A DNA stretch of 63,510 nucleotides from Octopus bimaculoides (Eukaryota), in contig NC_068984.1 of the NCBI RefSeq assembly GCF_001194135.2, positions 27,208,045 to 27,271,554 on the forward strand, read 5' to 3'. The position numbers and the translations under genes were made by a program. The notes beneath the pieces are model-generated. The model did no database searches, was not told where the DNA came from, and saw nothing but the letters and a program-made list of their open reading frames with translations. Positions 38,779 to 52,729 of the stretch are shown one piece after another; position 1 is the first letter of the stretch, and every line of letters begins with the position of its first letter.

Positions 38779-40674
38779 AAAGTACAACTCTATCTTTAAT
38801 CATGTACCTGCTCAAATATTTAGTTGCTTTGTGAGAGACGTTTTCAGATCTTCGCTATGTTAGATAATATTCTAATAGGTATGACAAGAATTTATTGGAG
38901 CAAAGTTTTCTTTGGCCAGACACCCTTCCTGATACCAACACTCATCTGTTTCCAAGCAAATTAATAACCCCCCACCCATCAGTTTGTCAAATAGCAAACA
39001 GCAAACAGCCTGGACATGGTCACATGGTGAACTGGGAACTAAAGACACCATTTGAATGGTGCAAAATATGCTTTTGTGGTGGACTGCAAGCAAATAATTC
39101 TGTCTGTATAAAAGAGGGGATTTTGTTTCCAATCAGTGAACACATGTGAAAATGAAGAGAATTGAACTCACACACTCACACACACGCGTATATACACATA
39201 GATATACATATATGTATTTGTATATCAGATGGGCTTCTTTTACTTTCTATTTACCAATTTCACTTACAAGATAATGCGAGTGAAATTGGTAGATGGTTGT
39301 GGTACAGGAAACCAGCCAGTGATGTCCCCACTGGGGAACCAAACAATGAACAACATGATTCTGAAGCAAACTTCTAAATCATACAGGCATACCTGTACCT
39401 GTAAGCCATACTTTTATCAAAACTAATAACATGTTCATTTTCTTTGTAATGTTGTTCCATTTGTGATGTCTTTAATGACAATATGTCTTCTTTACTACAC
39501 TTTACAGTTTCATTCTTTAGAAAGCTTTGTCTTGTGACTATTCTTTCTGTATGTTACTGTGACTATCGTTTTGCCCCAGAGCAACCCTCACAGAATTGAC
39601 CAATGAGCAAAGGTATTCAATCTGTGATCATCTCCATCCGATCTTTTTAAGGATCTTTGGGACTACTATTTCTTATGCATCCTTATTTAAGTCAGGAAGA
39701 TATGATTTAAGAGAGATCTCGGTTTAACAGCTACTTCTGCAGGTCATTAATTTGTACCTTGTATGCTTTTTTTTTTAAGGATGTGGTTATATCTCAGCCA
39801 TAGTTTCCAGAGTTGAATTCACTCTAGAATGTTTGTTTCTGAAGTTACTCATCAAATATCTAAACATAATCTTCCCATCTTAACTGGCTTTTGTATAATA
39901 TTGATTTAACATAAACATATATAGACACTGCCTGATGTCTATATTGCATAACATATCCATCCACTTCATAAGAAGCTGTGTTGATAGTTGAGAAATTTTC
40001 AAGTATTCAAACATATTTCTTACAGCACACCCAGATTCAGAAGAACATAGACACTTAATGAGATAGATTCATTACAGCTATTTAACTTTATTTCTTGTTA
40101 GGGTTTGTTTTATAATTTTCAATAGATATTTCTTGCAGCTAAATTATATGTTTCCCAGTATTTGTTTCTGTGCTTCCCATTTGTGAACTTATATGTAGCT
40201 AGAGAAATAACTTCCATCTCTTTCGTCTTTAAGAAATAAGAAACAGTATTATTCTATAGAAAAGAAATCAATTGACTATAACCATGTCTTTTATAATAAT
40301 TGTCTTGTGTGCAGCAAATATATCATTTATGTTCTTGTTGACTAAGATATATGTATGTATGTATAAGTATATACAGGAATGTGTGAAAATATATGAATGC
40401 ATAAGTTATTTAGCCCCAGGTCAACTCTCATGAAACAGCTAGATGATCAAAGTCATTCTAACTAAGAAACCTATGTATATTTTGTCAGACAGTGCATCTA
40501 GGACTACATTTATCCAATGTTGTTTTCCTGTTCTTTTAACAAAAGATTGTGATTTAATGGAGATTCAGCTGATTTTGGTGGAAAGGATAATCAAGTGGAA
40601 GAAAGAACAACAATAGCTTATTTCTCCTGTTTTTCTAATGAATTTAATGTGACCATAACCAAGATGATGTTCAA

Positions 40675-41105
40675 GCAGATATCCTCATCGTTGTCATCGT
40701 TGTTGTCGTTTTGAAGTCCACTTTTCCATGCTTGCATGGGTCAGATGGAATTTAAATTTATTGAGACAGATTTTCTTTGGCTGCATGCCTCTCCTGCTGC
40801 AAACCCTTAAATGTTTCCACAGAAGGTTGTATTTCCCCAAGGCTAGATATGTTTATGCAGAATACTAGAACTCAATCATTCATTTACAACAATCAGGTAA
40901 TGTCAAGACTCAAAAACACACACTCACAGACACACAGAAACACGCACACACATGATGGGCTTCTTTAACCTCCCGTCTTCCGATTCCCCTCACAAGGCTT
41001 TGGTTGACCCCAGACTCTAGTAGAAGATGCTTTCCCAAGGTGCCATGCAATAGTTCTGGAACCAAAACAATATGGTTGGAAAATAAACTTCTTAAGCACA
41101 TAACC
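40675..41105 (-). mobile_element. Composite: RTE-tail variant plus SINE family A head
   Basis: ccacttttccatgcttgcatgggtcagatggaattt... (also at 20570-20810), followed by cacaaggctttggttgacc...agtagaagatgctttcccaaggtgcc. Confidence 0.65.
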
Positions 41106-41134
41106 TTAAGCCTAGGTTGGAAAAAATTGAAGCC

Positions 41135-41340
41135 AATGGATTGGCAGAATTGTTAGAGCATAAGAAAAAAATGATTAGTGGTATTTGTTCTTGCTCTTTA
41201 GATTCTGAGTTCAAATCCTACCAAAGTCAACATTGCCTTTTATCTCTCCAGAGCCAATGAAATAAAATACGAATAGAATACTGGGGTTTACATAATTAAC
41301 TGATTCCTTTCCTGAAATTGCTGGCAAAATTAGAAACCAT
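41135..41340 (+). mobile_element. SINE family B, CpG-decayed
   Basis: ttggcagaattgttagagcataagaaaaaaatgattagtggtatttg...gagttcaaatcctaccaaagtcaacattgcc. Confidence 0.75.
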
Positions 41341-42235
41341 TAATGTTGTTGTTAATGCTATTTGAATTGAAATCGACATAGAATTTCAATGATCTCTTTA
41401 TACAAAAATGTATTACTCTTTTGTCGCTGATACAGATTATAAATTGACCCAGCTTTATCTTTCCAAATTGTTACGATTCAACTAAAACAGCAGACCTACT
41501 AAATTTGCTTATCCAGATACCATTTTTACATAGCTGAAAATGTTTCTGGACACTACTTTTTCTCAGTAAATATATAGAATTGTGCAAAAACTAAATTCAA
41601 AGTCATTATGTAAAACACAATAATCAGAAATTATTGTGGCTATATTGACACCATCAAGGTTGTAAACAAGGAAAATTAAGTATTTTGAAGAGACACATTG
41701 GCATTCACAATAAATTTAATTGCTGAACAGAGAGTCTGATTAGTAGCTAAAAATGTGTATTTTATGTTCTTTATTCATTCCAGAAATTCCCTTTACAGCA
41801 TGTAATTATCAAATAAAATATTTTGCTCATTTTCATTAAAAAAAATTATGATAAATAAAAAAAAAAAAAAACTACTATGTTTTAATAGATAGACATAGTT
41901 AGGTATTTTGTATGTTAATTCTGTAGCATTTTAACATTTTGTTATCTTTTTATTGTTTTTACTTCAGGATCAAAGCTTGAATAATTGCTTCCATTTATCA
42001 GTCTGTTGCAATATTTTTTTACAGGTTGCTTTCAGGTTATATATAAACTTGTGACTTTGATCAATCAAATTGCTGTTATATCTAATAGATCATAAAATTC
42101 TTCAGCTAACCTCATATATGTTTAGGCTTTTATCAGTTTAGTATATATTTGTTTTGTTTATCTGCTTTCAATATTGTTTTGTTGTTTTATTTATGTTTAT
42201 TTTTACCTTAAGTGATATCTTGTATGTTTAATGAA

Positions 42236-42286
<51 letters not shown>

Positions 42287-43745
42287 TGTATGTGTTTGTA
42301 TAAATATACATCACACAGGATGTTTCAATGAGTATGTTTCTCAAATATGAAGATATTTCCAATGAATAATTAGTATATTTAAATCTGCATCTGCTTTTGA
42401 AAGAACTTAAATATAGTATGAATGAAAACAAATTTTTCACAAGTGAAATATAACAGTAACAAGTAAATCTCAGTATTATTTGATAAAATACATGTAGTAT
42501 ATTTAATATATAAATAGCATAACACATATGATATAGCAGAGAACTGAACAAGTAAAGTATATTGTGTGTATGAAATCAGATGTAATTCTCTTGATATATT
42601 TTGCAAAGTATTTAAAATCACACTCCATTGGTTACTAATCTGTGACCATAAATTGTTTCATTGTATCTTTCACTTCACTTATAAAGATAGAGATGAAAGA
42701 TTATTGATAATTGAGATTGTGTTCAGGAAAAGCATGGGTTTAGTAAATATCAAAAGTAATGTAACTGTTTGTTGGAATTGTATTAAACCCACCCACTGTC
42801 ATTGTTGTACTTTTACTTAAGATATTATACAAACAAAATAGCTGCGTGGCTATTAATATAGGGCTGCTAACATATAGGTTTTGCACTCAAATTTACTGTA
42901 AGTATGTAACAGGATAAGCCAGTCAGTAGTTATTAATTATATAGACAAGATAGTGTTAAGAATATAGAAATATATTAGGCCACAAATTTATTGATATCCT
43001 CCATTTTACAGCCACTGTGTTGAAACAGAACATTGTAAATGCATCAATAATTTATTAAACCTACTCCATACCAGAAAATAATGATATATGCAAATTGGTC
43101 TAATTAGTTTATATAAGCCCTTAGAGGGTACACAACGAATATCAAATGATATATTTTTACAGGAAGAAAAGAAAGAAAAAACATTAAAAATATGTTTAAA
43201 TTATTGAGAAAGAAAGCCCAGAACAACCTCATCAAGGGAACAAAGAAGAAGAAAATAAAAAGGAAAAGGGAATGGAGTAGAAAAAGTGTGGTGGTAGTGA
43301 TGAGGGGGAATAAATATATTTTCTGGTGAACTGCTTATAGACCTACTCAAGATAGGAAGAGTCCATAGTAATAAGACTTAATAATTCCCGGACTGAAGTA
43401 ACAACAATTACAGTACATGTTCCTCCTTAGAAGATGTATGTATGTAGGACATATATAATAGATATATATTTATAGAACAAGATCTTGTCAACTTCATATG
43501 TATGTGTTGAGTTATAATTTGTACAGAATGATTGAAGACATGATAAGACATGAAAGATGGAAGTTATGAATATACATATATTCAGGATATACATATATGT
43601 TTGCTAAACAATAACATAGATTTGAAGCATATCAAAAATAAATAGTCTAGAAATTACATAGCTAGGAAGAGAAACTTTTATGACTATGTGTATGTCTAAA
43701 AAAGCTATTGCAAACAGTAGTAACAAGACAGTATGTGTAAACACA

Positions 43746-44145
43746 TAACTCTTTAGCACTCACATTATTCTATTAAATGAAATTGGTGAGCTGGCAGAAC
43801 TGTTAGCATGGAGGGCGAAATGCTTAGTGGTATTTCATCTGTCTTTAAGTTCTGAGTTCAAATTCCGCCGAGGTCGACTTTGCCTTTCATCCTATTGGAG
43901 TCAAAATTTCAGGCCTTGTGCCTATAGTAGAAAGGATTATTCTGTTAAATGTAATACTTATTGATGCTCTTTGTTTTGAATTTATCATGCATTATCTTGT
44001 AACTTTAGGATTTTGATGAGATAACTATTTATTTTTAGAATGACATTGTAAGGTTGGTATGAGAGGCCAGATCTGACTGATTTGAACATAAAGCAGGTAG
44101 AATTATTTGGCTGGATATGACTGGTTTAAATGCTAAAGAGTTTAA
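43746..44145. mobile_element. piggyBac-type MITE interrupted by a SINE B insertion (43780-43935)
   Basis: Termini taactctttagca...tgctaaagagtttaa; SINE flanked by TSD attattct(a/g)ttaaatg at 43763-43778 and 43937-43952 (approximate). Confidence 0.85.
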
Positions 44146-44242
44146 TGCATAAATGTGTCTGTATATACAAATGTATAGACATATACACATACACACTCAC
44201 ACATGTACATGCATGTATGTGGGTGTGCATGTGTATATGTAT

Positions 44243-44325
<83 letters not shown>

Positions 44326-44765
44326 TATGTGTGTGTGTGTATTAAACAAGTTTGTCGAAAGATCTTTCTCAACAAAGCAGTAGGGGACAACTTACCATTA
44401 AGCATATCATGATGATATCCTCCATTTTGCAAACTTCAAGTAGCAGCCACAGTTTGGTTATATAGATATAAAATACTGAAGATCAAGGTGGGATTTATTT
44501 ATGTATATCAATTTCTAATTTTGCAAAACTATTGATATACCAACAATACTGTTCAAACCAAATAATCCCATGAATATGTATGTATGCATGTATGTATGTA
44601 TGTATGCATGCATGCATGTATATATGAATGCATGTATGTATGTATATACATGCATACATAAATACATACACACACCTCACATCTATGTTTGTGTGTGTGT
44701 ACACTCATATCAAGCTGCACCTGAAAAAAAGGAGACAAAAAAACTGTCAAATTTAGTCTGAACAC

Positions 44766-44824
<59 letters not shown>

Positions 44825-45224
44825 TTTTTTATTTCATTTGTTTCAGTCATGTGAGTGCAGCTATGCTGGAGCACCACCTTTAGTCGGACTTATTCTTTGT
44901 AAGCCTTGTACTTATTCTATCGGTTTCTTTTGCCGAACCGCTAAGTTATGGGGACATAAACACATCAACATCGGTTGTCAAGCGATGTTGGGGGTACAAA
45001 CACAGACACAAACATACACATACACACGCACACACACACACACACACATCCACATATATATATACGACAGGCTTCTTCCAGTTTCCGTCTACCAAATCCA
45101 CTTACAAGGCTTTGGTTGGCCCGAAGCTATAGTAGAAGACACTTGCCCAAGGTGCCATGCAATGGGACTGAACCCGGAACCATGTGGTTGGTAATCAAGC
45201 TGCATAGCACAGATCCACTCCTGC
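44825..45224 (-). mobile_element. SINE family A, near full length
   Basis: Head gcaggagtggatctgtg...ccacatggttccgggttcagtccc, core ggcaccttgggcaagtgtcttctactatagc, internal CA/TA tract, tail ccagcatagctgcactcacatgactgaaac. Confidence 0.9.
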
Positions 45225-45465
45225 TTTTGACAGTCTTTAAACTCCTGTTTTTCAGGTACAACTTGATGTACTGGAGAGCATAAAGGTTAATATTATAGTT
45301 AAGAAAAAGTTGGCTGACATAGAGGACAGAAAGCTCTCCGAATATTGGAAAATAGTTACCTGTATCATAATGATTCAAACATTTTTAAAATACTTTTATT
45401 TTGGGATGGGACATTGTGTAATTTTTTTTTGCTTTTGTGCATACTGTCAAATTTAGCTCGAATAC

Positions 45466-45712
45466 CATCATCTTCATCATTCTCTGCTCATTTTCCATGC
45501 TGGTATGAATGGGACGGTTTGACAGGTGCTAGCCAGCTGAAAAGCTGTCCGAACTCCAGTATGTTTTGACATGGTTTCTACGACTGGATGCCCTTCCTAA
45601 TGCCTATCACTTTACAGAGTGTACTGGGTACCTTTTACGTGGCACCAGCATGGGTGGTTTTTATGTGACATTGGTACGGGTGCTTTTTACATGGCATTGG
45701 TACACAAAAACG
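45466..45712 (-). mobile_element. RTE LINE 3' tail copy
   Basis: ccatcatcttcatcatt...ttttccatgctggtatgaatggg...ggtttctacgactggatgcccttcctaatgcc. Confidence 0.75.
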
Positions 45713-45724
45713 ACTTTACTCTGC

Positions 45725-45757
<33 letters not shown>

Positions 45758-46207
45758 GTGTGTGTGTATACGTATGTGTGATATACTGAAGTCAACTTTG
45801 TTCTAGTTTCAACTTAACTGTTATAAGGGTTACTCATTGCTGGGAAATCCCTTGCAGTTTGCTTGGAATAGTAAAGTGCCCAAGTCCAATATTTACCTGC
45901 CTGCAACATCACGGCCTCATTTTCTAGATGGAATAGTTAGTGCTAGTGTGTCTTACTTTATACGAGATTAATCCATTGGAATTTGTATTAGCATTAACGT
46001 AGGAATTTGAATTTAGAATTTAGCATATGTTTTCACACTGTGATTTGCTGTTAATATTGTTTCAGTCATGAATTGACTATTTTTGTGAGAATTCTATTTA
46101 TGATGAATGTGTTGTTTACTAATGTTTTCATGCTTAGTCTTGGTTTGTATTACCATGTGATTTATGGTGATTCTTCCTTGTTTGCTAAGAATATTTAACA
46201 AAATATA

Positions 46208-46422
46208 AGGCTGCGAGCTGGTAGAAACGTTAGCACGCTGGGCGAAATGCTTAGCGGTATTTCGTCAGTCTTTACGTTCTGAGTTCAAATTCCGACGAGT
46301 TCGACTTTCCCTTTTATCCTTTCGGGGTTGATAATTTAAGTACCAGTTGCGTACTGGGTCGATCTAATCGACTGCTCCCCACCCAAAATTTCGGACCTTG
46401 TGCCTAGAGTAGAAAAGACTAT
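46208..46422 (+). mobile_element. SINE family B with ~15-bp TSD
   Basis: Near-consensus copy; flanks tatttaacaaaatat / tatttaacagaatat. Confidence 0.92.
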
Positions 46423-46627
46423 TTAACAGAATATGTTATACATGTATGACTGAAGTAACTTTAGGAGTGCTGGAGCTTACAGCTCTCACATTTGCTAATT
46501 TGATATCGAATTTGTAAATTACATTGGTTATTGGAGTTTGCTTGTGGAATTACAGGCTTATAGTTTATTACAATTAATGAGGCTATTAATTTTAGAGCTT
46601 TGTCACCAGTATTAGTGCTAGCTTTAA

Positions 46628-46845
46628 AAGGCGGTCACCTCGCCAAATTGTTAGCACACTGGACAATGCTTACTGGCATTTGTTCCAGTTTTATGTTCTA
46701 AGCTCAAATTCTGCCAAGGTTGACTTTACCTTTCATCCTTTCGTGGTCAATAAAGTAAGTACCCGTTGAGTACAAGTTGATGAAATCGATTTAACCTTCC
46801 CACTAAAATTGATAGTCTTGTACCACAAATTTAGAACTGTTAGTG
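46628..46845 (+). mobile_element. SINE family B (older)
   Basis: aaggcggtcacctcgccaaattgttagcacactggac...ctcaaattctgccaaggttgactttacc. Confidence 0.75.
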
Positions 46846-47546
46846 TATGGTGAGGTACAATGCGTTTCTTGTTGTTTTATGACATTTTAAAGTGCATTCG
46901 TTTATTCTATAGTTAATAAGTATTAAGTTCATGTAATACATTTTGTGTGTGGTATGTTACTTTTTCATTTGTACTATGGCGTATTGTATAGCGTACTATT
47001 GTATGCTGTCCTACTGTTTCGTCTTCTCTAGCCTGTTACATATATATTGTAGATTTCTTTATGTGGTTCGAAGATGATGAAGACTTTGCGTATTCTTCTT
47101 CACAGAGATTTCGCCACTGGCATTTTGTATTGTGTGACCATTTCCTGTAAACATGTGTGTGGACATTCACATGTGAATATAAGATTATATTGTTAGTGCA
47201 ATAAATATATACAGACGTAACGTATATGCAATTTTTGAAAGTTTATGTCTAGAACTGGAATTGTTGTATTGCTTGGAGATGAATAACATTTTGGATGTTA
47301 AATTTTAATTCAGAGCATTCTATGATTATATCTGGGGCAATATCGTATAGAATAACGTATTTTATGATAAGCATTATATTCATTATATTATATTCCCTTG
47401 AAATGCCAAAAATGGAGAATAAATAAATTCATGACTATTTCACTTGATACCGTTTATTTTGCGGGCAGTGAAAAGAAAAGGATTTGAATAGATAGATAGA
47501 TAGATTCGAGTGAAGACCTGCTTTGGGGTTGTCTGTGGTGGTTCAC

Positions 47547-47596
47547 CGCGCTTCTCCGTGTGATCTTTTGCGCTTCATTAGATATCTCGCAATCAT
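47547..47596 (-). CDS. Candidate first coding exon (MIARYLMKRKRSHGEAR)
   Basis: caccATG context at 47596, donor CG|GTGAAC, CpG-rich, directly downstream of the promoter-like motifs; not linked to later exons. Confidence 0.25.
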
Positions 47597-47599
47597 GGT

Positions 47600-47880
47600 G
47601 AAAAAATTTCAGCAGAATATTCAGTAATCACTTGATATGACGATTTGTGGAATGTTACCCACGTGATCAACGAATCTGACCAACCACGATCTTGCTTGGA
47701 AAGAATATAATCTACGTGATCAACAAAATCTGGCCAATCACAATTTCCCGTGAAATAGGCTCCAGCGATAATTTCAACTTTTGGTGCACACATGGCCACC
47801 ACCCAGAGAGAGCATAATACGCCTTGGCAGATGGAAAACATACATAGGTAAAAGCTGAAACGAGCTAACTTCAACTTAAT
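47600..47880. promoter_or_regulatory. CpG-retaining promoter-like region with duplicated E-box + CCAAT module
   Basis: acgtgatcaacgaatctgaccaaccac (47661-47687) and acgtgatcaacaaaatctggccaatcac (47714-47741); full CACGTG at 47660-47665 and CCAAT at 47734-47738. Confidence 0.5.
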
Positions 47881-50494
47881 GAACTATTCACAACACAAAA
47901 ACTAACAAAATACTATAACAATTACACCAAGGACAATAACATCCAAACTCTCTCAGCATTTGTTGTTTGTAGTAATCACAGCATTTGTCTTTTGCTTGTG
48001 TACATAAAGAATAAACATTTGTTGCAAAAAATCTCAATAGATTTTGTCGTTTCCTTCTAAGAACGACTGTTGACCTCCGACGCTAGAAATACCAGTCAGC
48101 TCCCAACACTCATTACAGTAGTTATCAGCAGCAAATACTTACGTACAATAATACTATTGCATTAAATTATTATAGCAAAGAGTTCAATAAACATGAAATT
48201 TATGTTTAGAGCAACAATATCGTTAAATATAATGGTAGTTAGAATGAAAAATCGAGAAGAAAAAAATAAAATCCACGCATTTTCATTTAGATAAAAGCAT
48301 AAATATATGTTCTCTTGGTAAAAGCACGTACTTCTTATACACACATCGCAGTAACTGATGTGAAGCTCTTATCAGAGGATATCAAGGAAGATGTATTAAC
48401 AGAAAACTAACGTTGATGGAGTAAATCAGCCTTGAAACAATGAACCAATCCTCTACTAGTTTGTGGTTTCTACTAAACCAAATTTAAATATTGCGTGTAG
48501 ACATTATACATATGTAATATAAGGCAAAATAACCAAGTGTACACACACACACGAAAATTATGTGCCGAAATAGTAATAATTCTAATTTAAAATCACTGGT
48601 ACATTACTCCTGTTTTTTTAATTTCAACTCAGTCCTTGTTCGTACAGCTATCTTATTTAAGATCTTCTAGGAAGGAGTGTCTTGGACATACTTTTCCTCA
48701 GTCTTCCATTAAAAAAAAAATGCTAATATGAGGGTATTTGACTACTATCTCTAGTAGTTCTTGCGTTCAGGTTTGTGATGCCTCATTAGCTTATCGCATC
48801 CGCAGTTATATTCGAAAACTTTTTTATCCTGCTGAGAATAGTTAAGAACTTCATACATCCTATTTTTAGTGGTACATCAATGATTCAGCAATTGTTATTC
48901 TACTTCACTCTGCCTGTGAGAAGCCAGTTATTTGTCTGATCTTTTTGGCCGGTTTATTTGAACCAATGACTTCAACCCTTTAGCCTATACTCTCTTATTT
49001 CTCGTCTCTTACCCTATATTTTTTTCTTTAATTTTTGTTGTCTATTTCTTTTTGTTTCGCTTTTTATTATATACACTCATATTTTCTTATCTTACATTTT
49101 AACATTTCATTCGCAATATCTTTATATTCCCTTTGTTTAATATATATATGGTCTTGAGCTCATTGTCATTTTTGTTTCTATTTTCAACATATATTTTCTT
49201 CCGCCATGTTACTTTCTTTCGTTTCTCTCCCTTTTTTGTCTTGCCGTTGCGATAACTTATTTATTACAGGCTTAAATCGTAAGTATTTAGCTATTTCCTT
49301 ACGTCACATTTTCACTCTCACAGTTTTCCACTTTTCGATATTTTCTCACAATCTGTTCCTTTATTCAACAATATCAATCGTGATTCTTTATTTTACTAAG
49401 AATGGAAAAGCATTAATCATAGCTGAAATTTTGTGAACTTGAGAAATGAGATTAGGTTTCTAACTATAATATTTTTAGATTATTTCATGTTATATATTTT
49501 CATAATTATATGGTTTATATTATCATAGTTTATATTATCATTAATATACACTCTAGTGATTTATCAGAAGTATTAACTATCGAGCTTAATGCATTTTAGC
49601 AGATGTTTAAAACCTCTATTCTGCAACACACTTGTGTGTTATATATGGAACGCAGGCGTAGTGTGAGTTTTTGAAACAGGCTAGAAAATGCTAAGATATT
49701 TATAAAATCTGAGTATTGAGTGAGTTTAGAATCTACTCATGTTTGGATCAACTGAGCTTAGACATTGACCTTCAGTAATATTTTGAACACTTTTCCTCGA
49801 TATCTTTCACAATGAAGTGTTAACATGTGTGACGTGGGACAATCCCAAAAATCAAATGATTTACTTTGCCACATCCTTTATGAGAATAATACATATTTTT
49901 TCTTTACCCTGAGCTCTCGCACTCTCCTTTTCTCTCTCACGCTCTCCCTTATCCTCTCGCGCTCTCCTTTTCTCTCACACTCTCCTTTTCTCTCTCTCTC
50001 CTTCTCTGTGGTGAGAGGCTTTCTTTTGAAGAGTTGTTATAAAATATGTTTCATATTCACTTCATAGAAGTTATACGACAAACATTTTCAGTTTTTATTT
50101 GTTTTTGTTAATATAAGGTATTCTTACCCTTTATCAGAACTGAAAACATTGCATCCTTTATACTCATTGTCTTTCTTTATTGTGAAGATAATTTTAAAAA
50201 TGAAATTATTATTTTATTCATAATCGCATCGCTGCAGACAGGATAGCAATCTAAGTCTTAAGCAGCAATGTGTTGTTAACTGATATGATTAAACATTTTT
50301 AAAGGATGCATGGTCTATTTAGACAACTTATTTTGTATTCGTGTACATTATGGATAATGAAAGACCATTGGAAAAAATAAGACAGGACAAGGACAAACAA
50401 ATACAATATCAATAAACAAAAGAAGAAATTAAAAGCAGAAAATATGAAATGGCAATAGAAAATCCCAACATGAAAGAAAGCAACAGGAAGAAGT

Positions 50495-50740
50495 TGCGTT
50501 GCAGTGTTATTGTGAAATCTAAATAAAGAATGGTCTTTGCAATGGATCAATAAATCTAATAATTCATTTATATGAAAGAATGATTGAAAACGACATCATT
50601 ACAGAAGGTGGGTATTATGAGAAACATATTACTGTCCCACGAAATAAACTGAGATCTTCTGACACCACGCTTCCATTCATCCTTACGTGCCAGCAGTTTT
50701 CCTATAGAGTAGCTTTAAAAACGATAATCAAAGGAACTCA
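50495..50740 (+). mobile_element. Helitron RepHel PIF1-helicase fragment
   Basis: Frameshifted VLL*NLN-KNGLCNGS...MIENDIITE...HITVPRNKLRSSDTTLPFILTCQQF..RVA..TI, matching Helitron motifs MLLRNL..GLCNG and IPRI.L...LPF...RQFP+R+AF..TINK. Confidence 0.8.
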
Positions 50741-50760
50741 TAACTCTTAATGTCAGTCAT

Positions 50761-51040
50761 AGATGAAAGCTGGCACTCCGTCAGTTACGAGGGTTCTCAT
50801 TGATCTGATCAACAGACCGCCTGCTCGTGAAATTAACGTGCAAGTGGCTGAGCACTCCACAGACACGCGTACTTTTAACGTAGTTGTCAAGGAGATTTAG
50901 CGTGACACAGAATGTGACAAGCTGGCCCTTTTAAATACAAGTACAACACATTTTTGCCCGCTGAGTGAACTGGAGCAACGTAAAATATAAAGTGCCTTGT
51001 TCAAGGACACAATGCATCGACAGGTATCGAACTCACAAGA
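50761..51040 (-). mobile_element. SINE family C
   Basis: Minus strand: gagttcgatacc B-box, cattgtgtccttgaacaaggcacttta...ttgctccagttcactcagc core. Confidence 0.75.
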
Positions 51041-51114
51041 ATTCCTCATCACCACAATGAAAGCACTTAAAGCACTTGTTTAAATTCTCAACGTTGCTGG
51101 TACCTGACCAGCAA

Positions 51115-51298
51115 TTTGCGGGGAGGGGTAAGTCGATTACATCGAACCCAGTGATCAACTGGTACTTATTTCATTGATCTCGAAACGATGAAAAGCAAAG
51201 TCGACCTCGGCAGAATTTGAGCTGAAAACGTAAAGACGGGCGAAATACCGCGAGGCAGTTTGCCCGGAGAGCTAACGATTCTGGCAGAACGCCACCTT
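51115..51298 (-). mobile_element. SINE family B
   Basis: Reverse complement of the family B head and body; CpGs retained. Confidence 0.88.
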
Positions 51299-51934
51299 TA
51301 GTTTTCCACTTATATTATAAATGAAAACTTTTCATTTGTCCATCGTATATTTTAAATAAATTTTATGGCCTGTTTTATTCTTAATGCAAAGAAAATCACT
51401 AATAAATTGCTACATTGTTTTATATTTACTATGCATAATTTGACACACACACAAAAAATTTTTTATTACAGGAAAGGAAATATTAATTACAGTAATTAGA
51501 ATTTTAGTCACTGTTCATTCAATCCAATGATGGCAATGCACTCAGTATATATACATTACACTTCCACTTGTATTGCTATAAAACCTTCGCACTTTCACCT
51601 CCTCAGCTTTGTAGTTTAAGTGCACAATGTGTGAGAGAACAATAAAAATTTACAACAATGCAAGGTGTACATAATTTTTTTAAAGTGTGACATTCACTGA
51701 TATGTGTGTTTTCCTTAGTAGTAAAGTGCATTGTGAGTGCCAGCTCCTATTTTAATAAATTAATATTCTGTTATTATATTCTAAAACATTTCAAAAGCAG
51801 ATGATGTGACTTTCAATATCTTATCCAATGTGTGGTAGATTAAATAAAGTTTGAAAATCATCATTAAAATGCATTTAGTCTTTATCTATGTTCTAGCTTC
51901 ACTTCCTGGTGTGTTCAGTTTTGACTGTCAAGGC

Positions 51935-52085
51935 TGTGTTAAGAAGACTACTGCTCAACCACATGGATTCAGGTTCAGTCCTACGACACGGCACCACGAG
52001 CAAGTATCTTTCACTGTATTCTCGGTTGACCAAAGCCTTCTGAGTGGATTTGGTAGTCAGAATTTATATATATATATATATCTAT
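51935..52085 (+). mobile_element. SINE family A, 5' part
   Basis: ctcaaccacatggattcaggttcagtcctacgacacggcaccacgagcaag...ggttgaccaaagccttctgagtggatttggtag. Confidence 0.8.
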
Positions 52086-52164
52086 ACATATATATAGTAA
52101 ATTGATCTACCTGAAAAAGCTCAGGAAGAAGAGTACTATTCTATTTAATGAGTGTCCGATATTC

Positions 52165-52345
52165 TTTTCAACTCTAGGCACAAGGCCCAAAATTTTGGGG
52201 GAAGGGGGCAACTGGTACTTAATTTATCAACCCCGAAAGGATGAAAAACAAAGTCGACCCCAGCGGAATTTGAACCCAGAGCGCAAGAACAGACGAAATA
52301 CTGCTAAGCATTTCGCCCGGCGTGCTAACAGTTCTGCCAACTCGT
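52165..52345 (-). mobile_element. SINE family B
   Basis: Reverse complement of family B; degenerate TSD ending ccgatatt on both sides. Confidence 0.88.
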
Positions 52346-52675
52346 CGACTTATTGAGAGACCGATATTAATGTATACGTTTCACTCCACATGTATTACAC
52401 GCGCTACTAATAATTTCACATACATGACAAGTGCTGATTATTCAATGACACCAAGCAGTTTAAATATATATATGAATATATATAGTTCTTTTCTTGGAAC
52501 AATGGATTACGAAGCAACCATAAAGCTATAAATAAAAACTTGTAAATATTGAATTAAAAAACACTTTAAGATAGAAAAAAATTAAAGCTGCCTATGGGAC
52601 GCGAGGTCATGTTTCCACACTCACTTACACACAGACACACATTGATATGCAGGAGTGTGTGTTATGTGCGCGTAT

Positions 52676-52729
<54 letters not shown>

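Noticed and set aside
47593-47874. 93-aa minus-strand ORF as a real secreted protein
   Set aside because: It overlaps the duplicated promoter-like motifs and has no recognisable domain; higher local GC makes open frames more likely.
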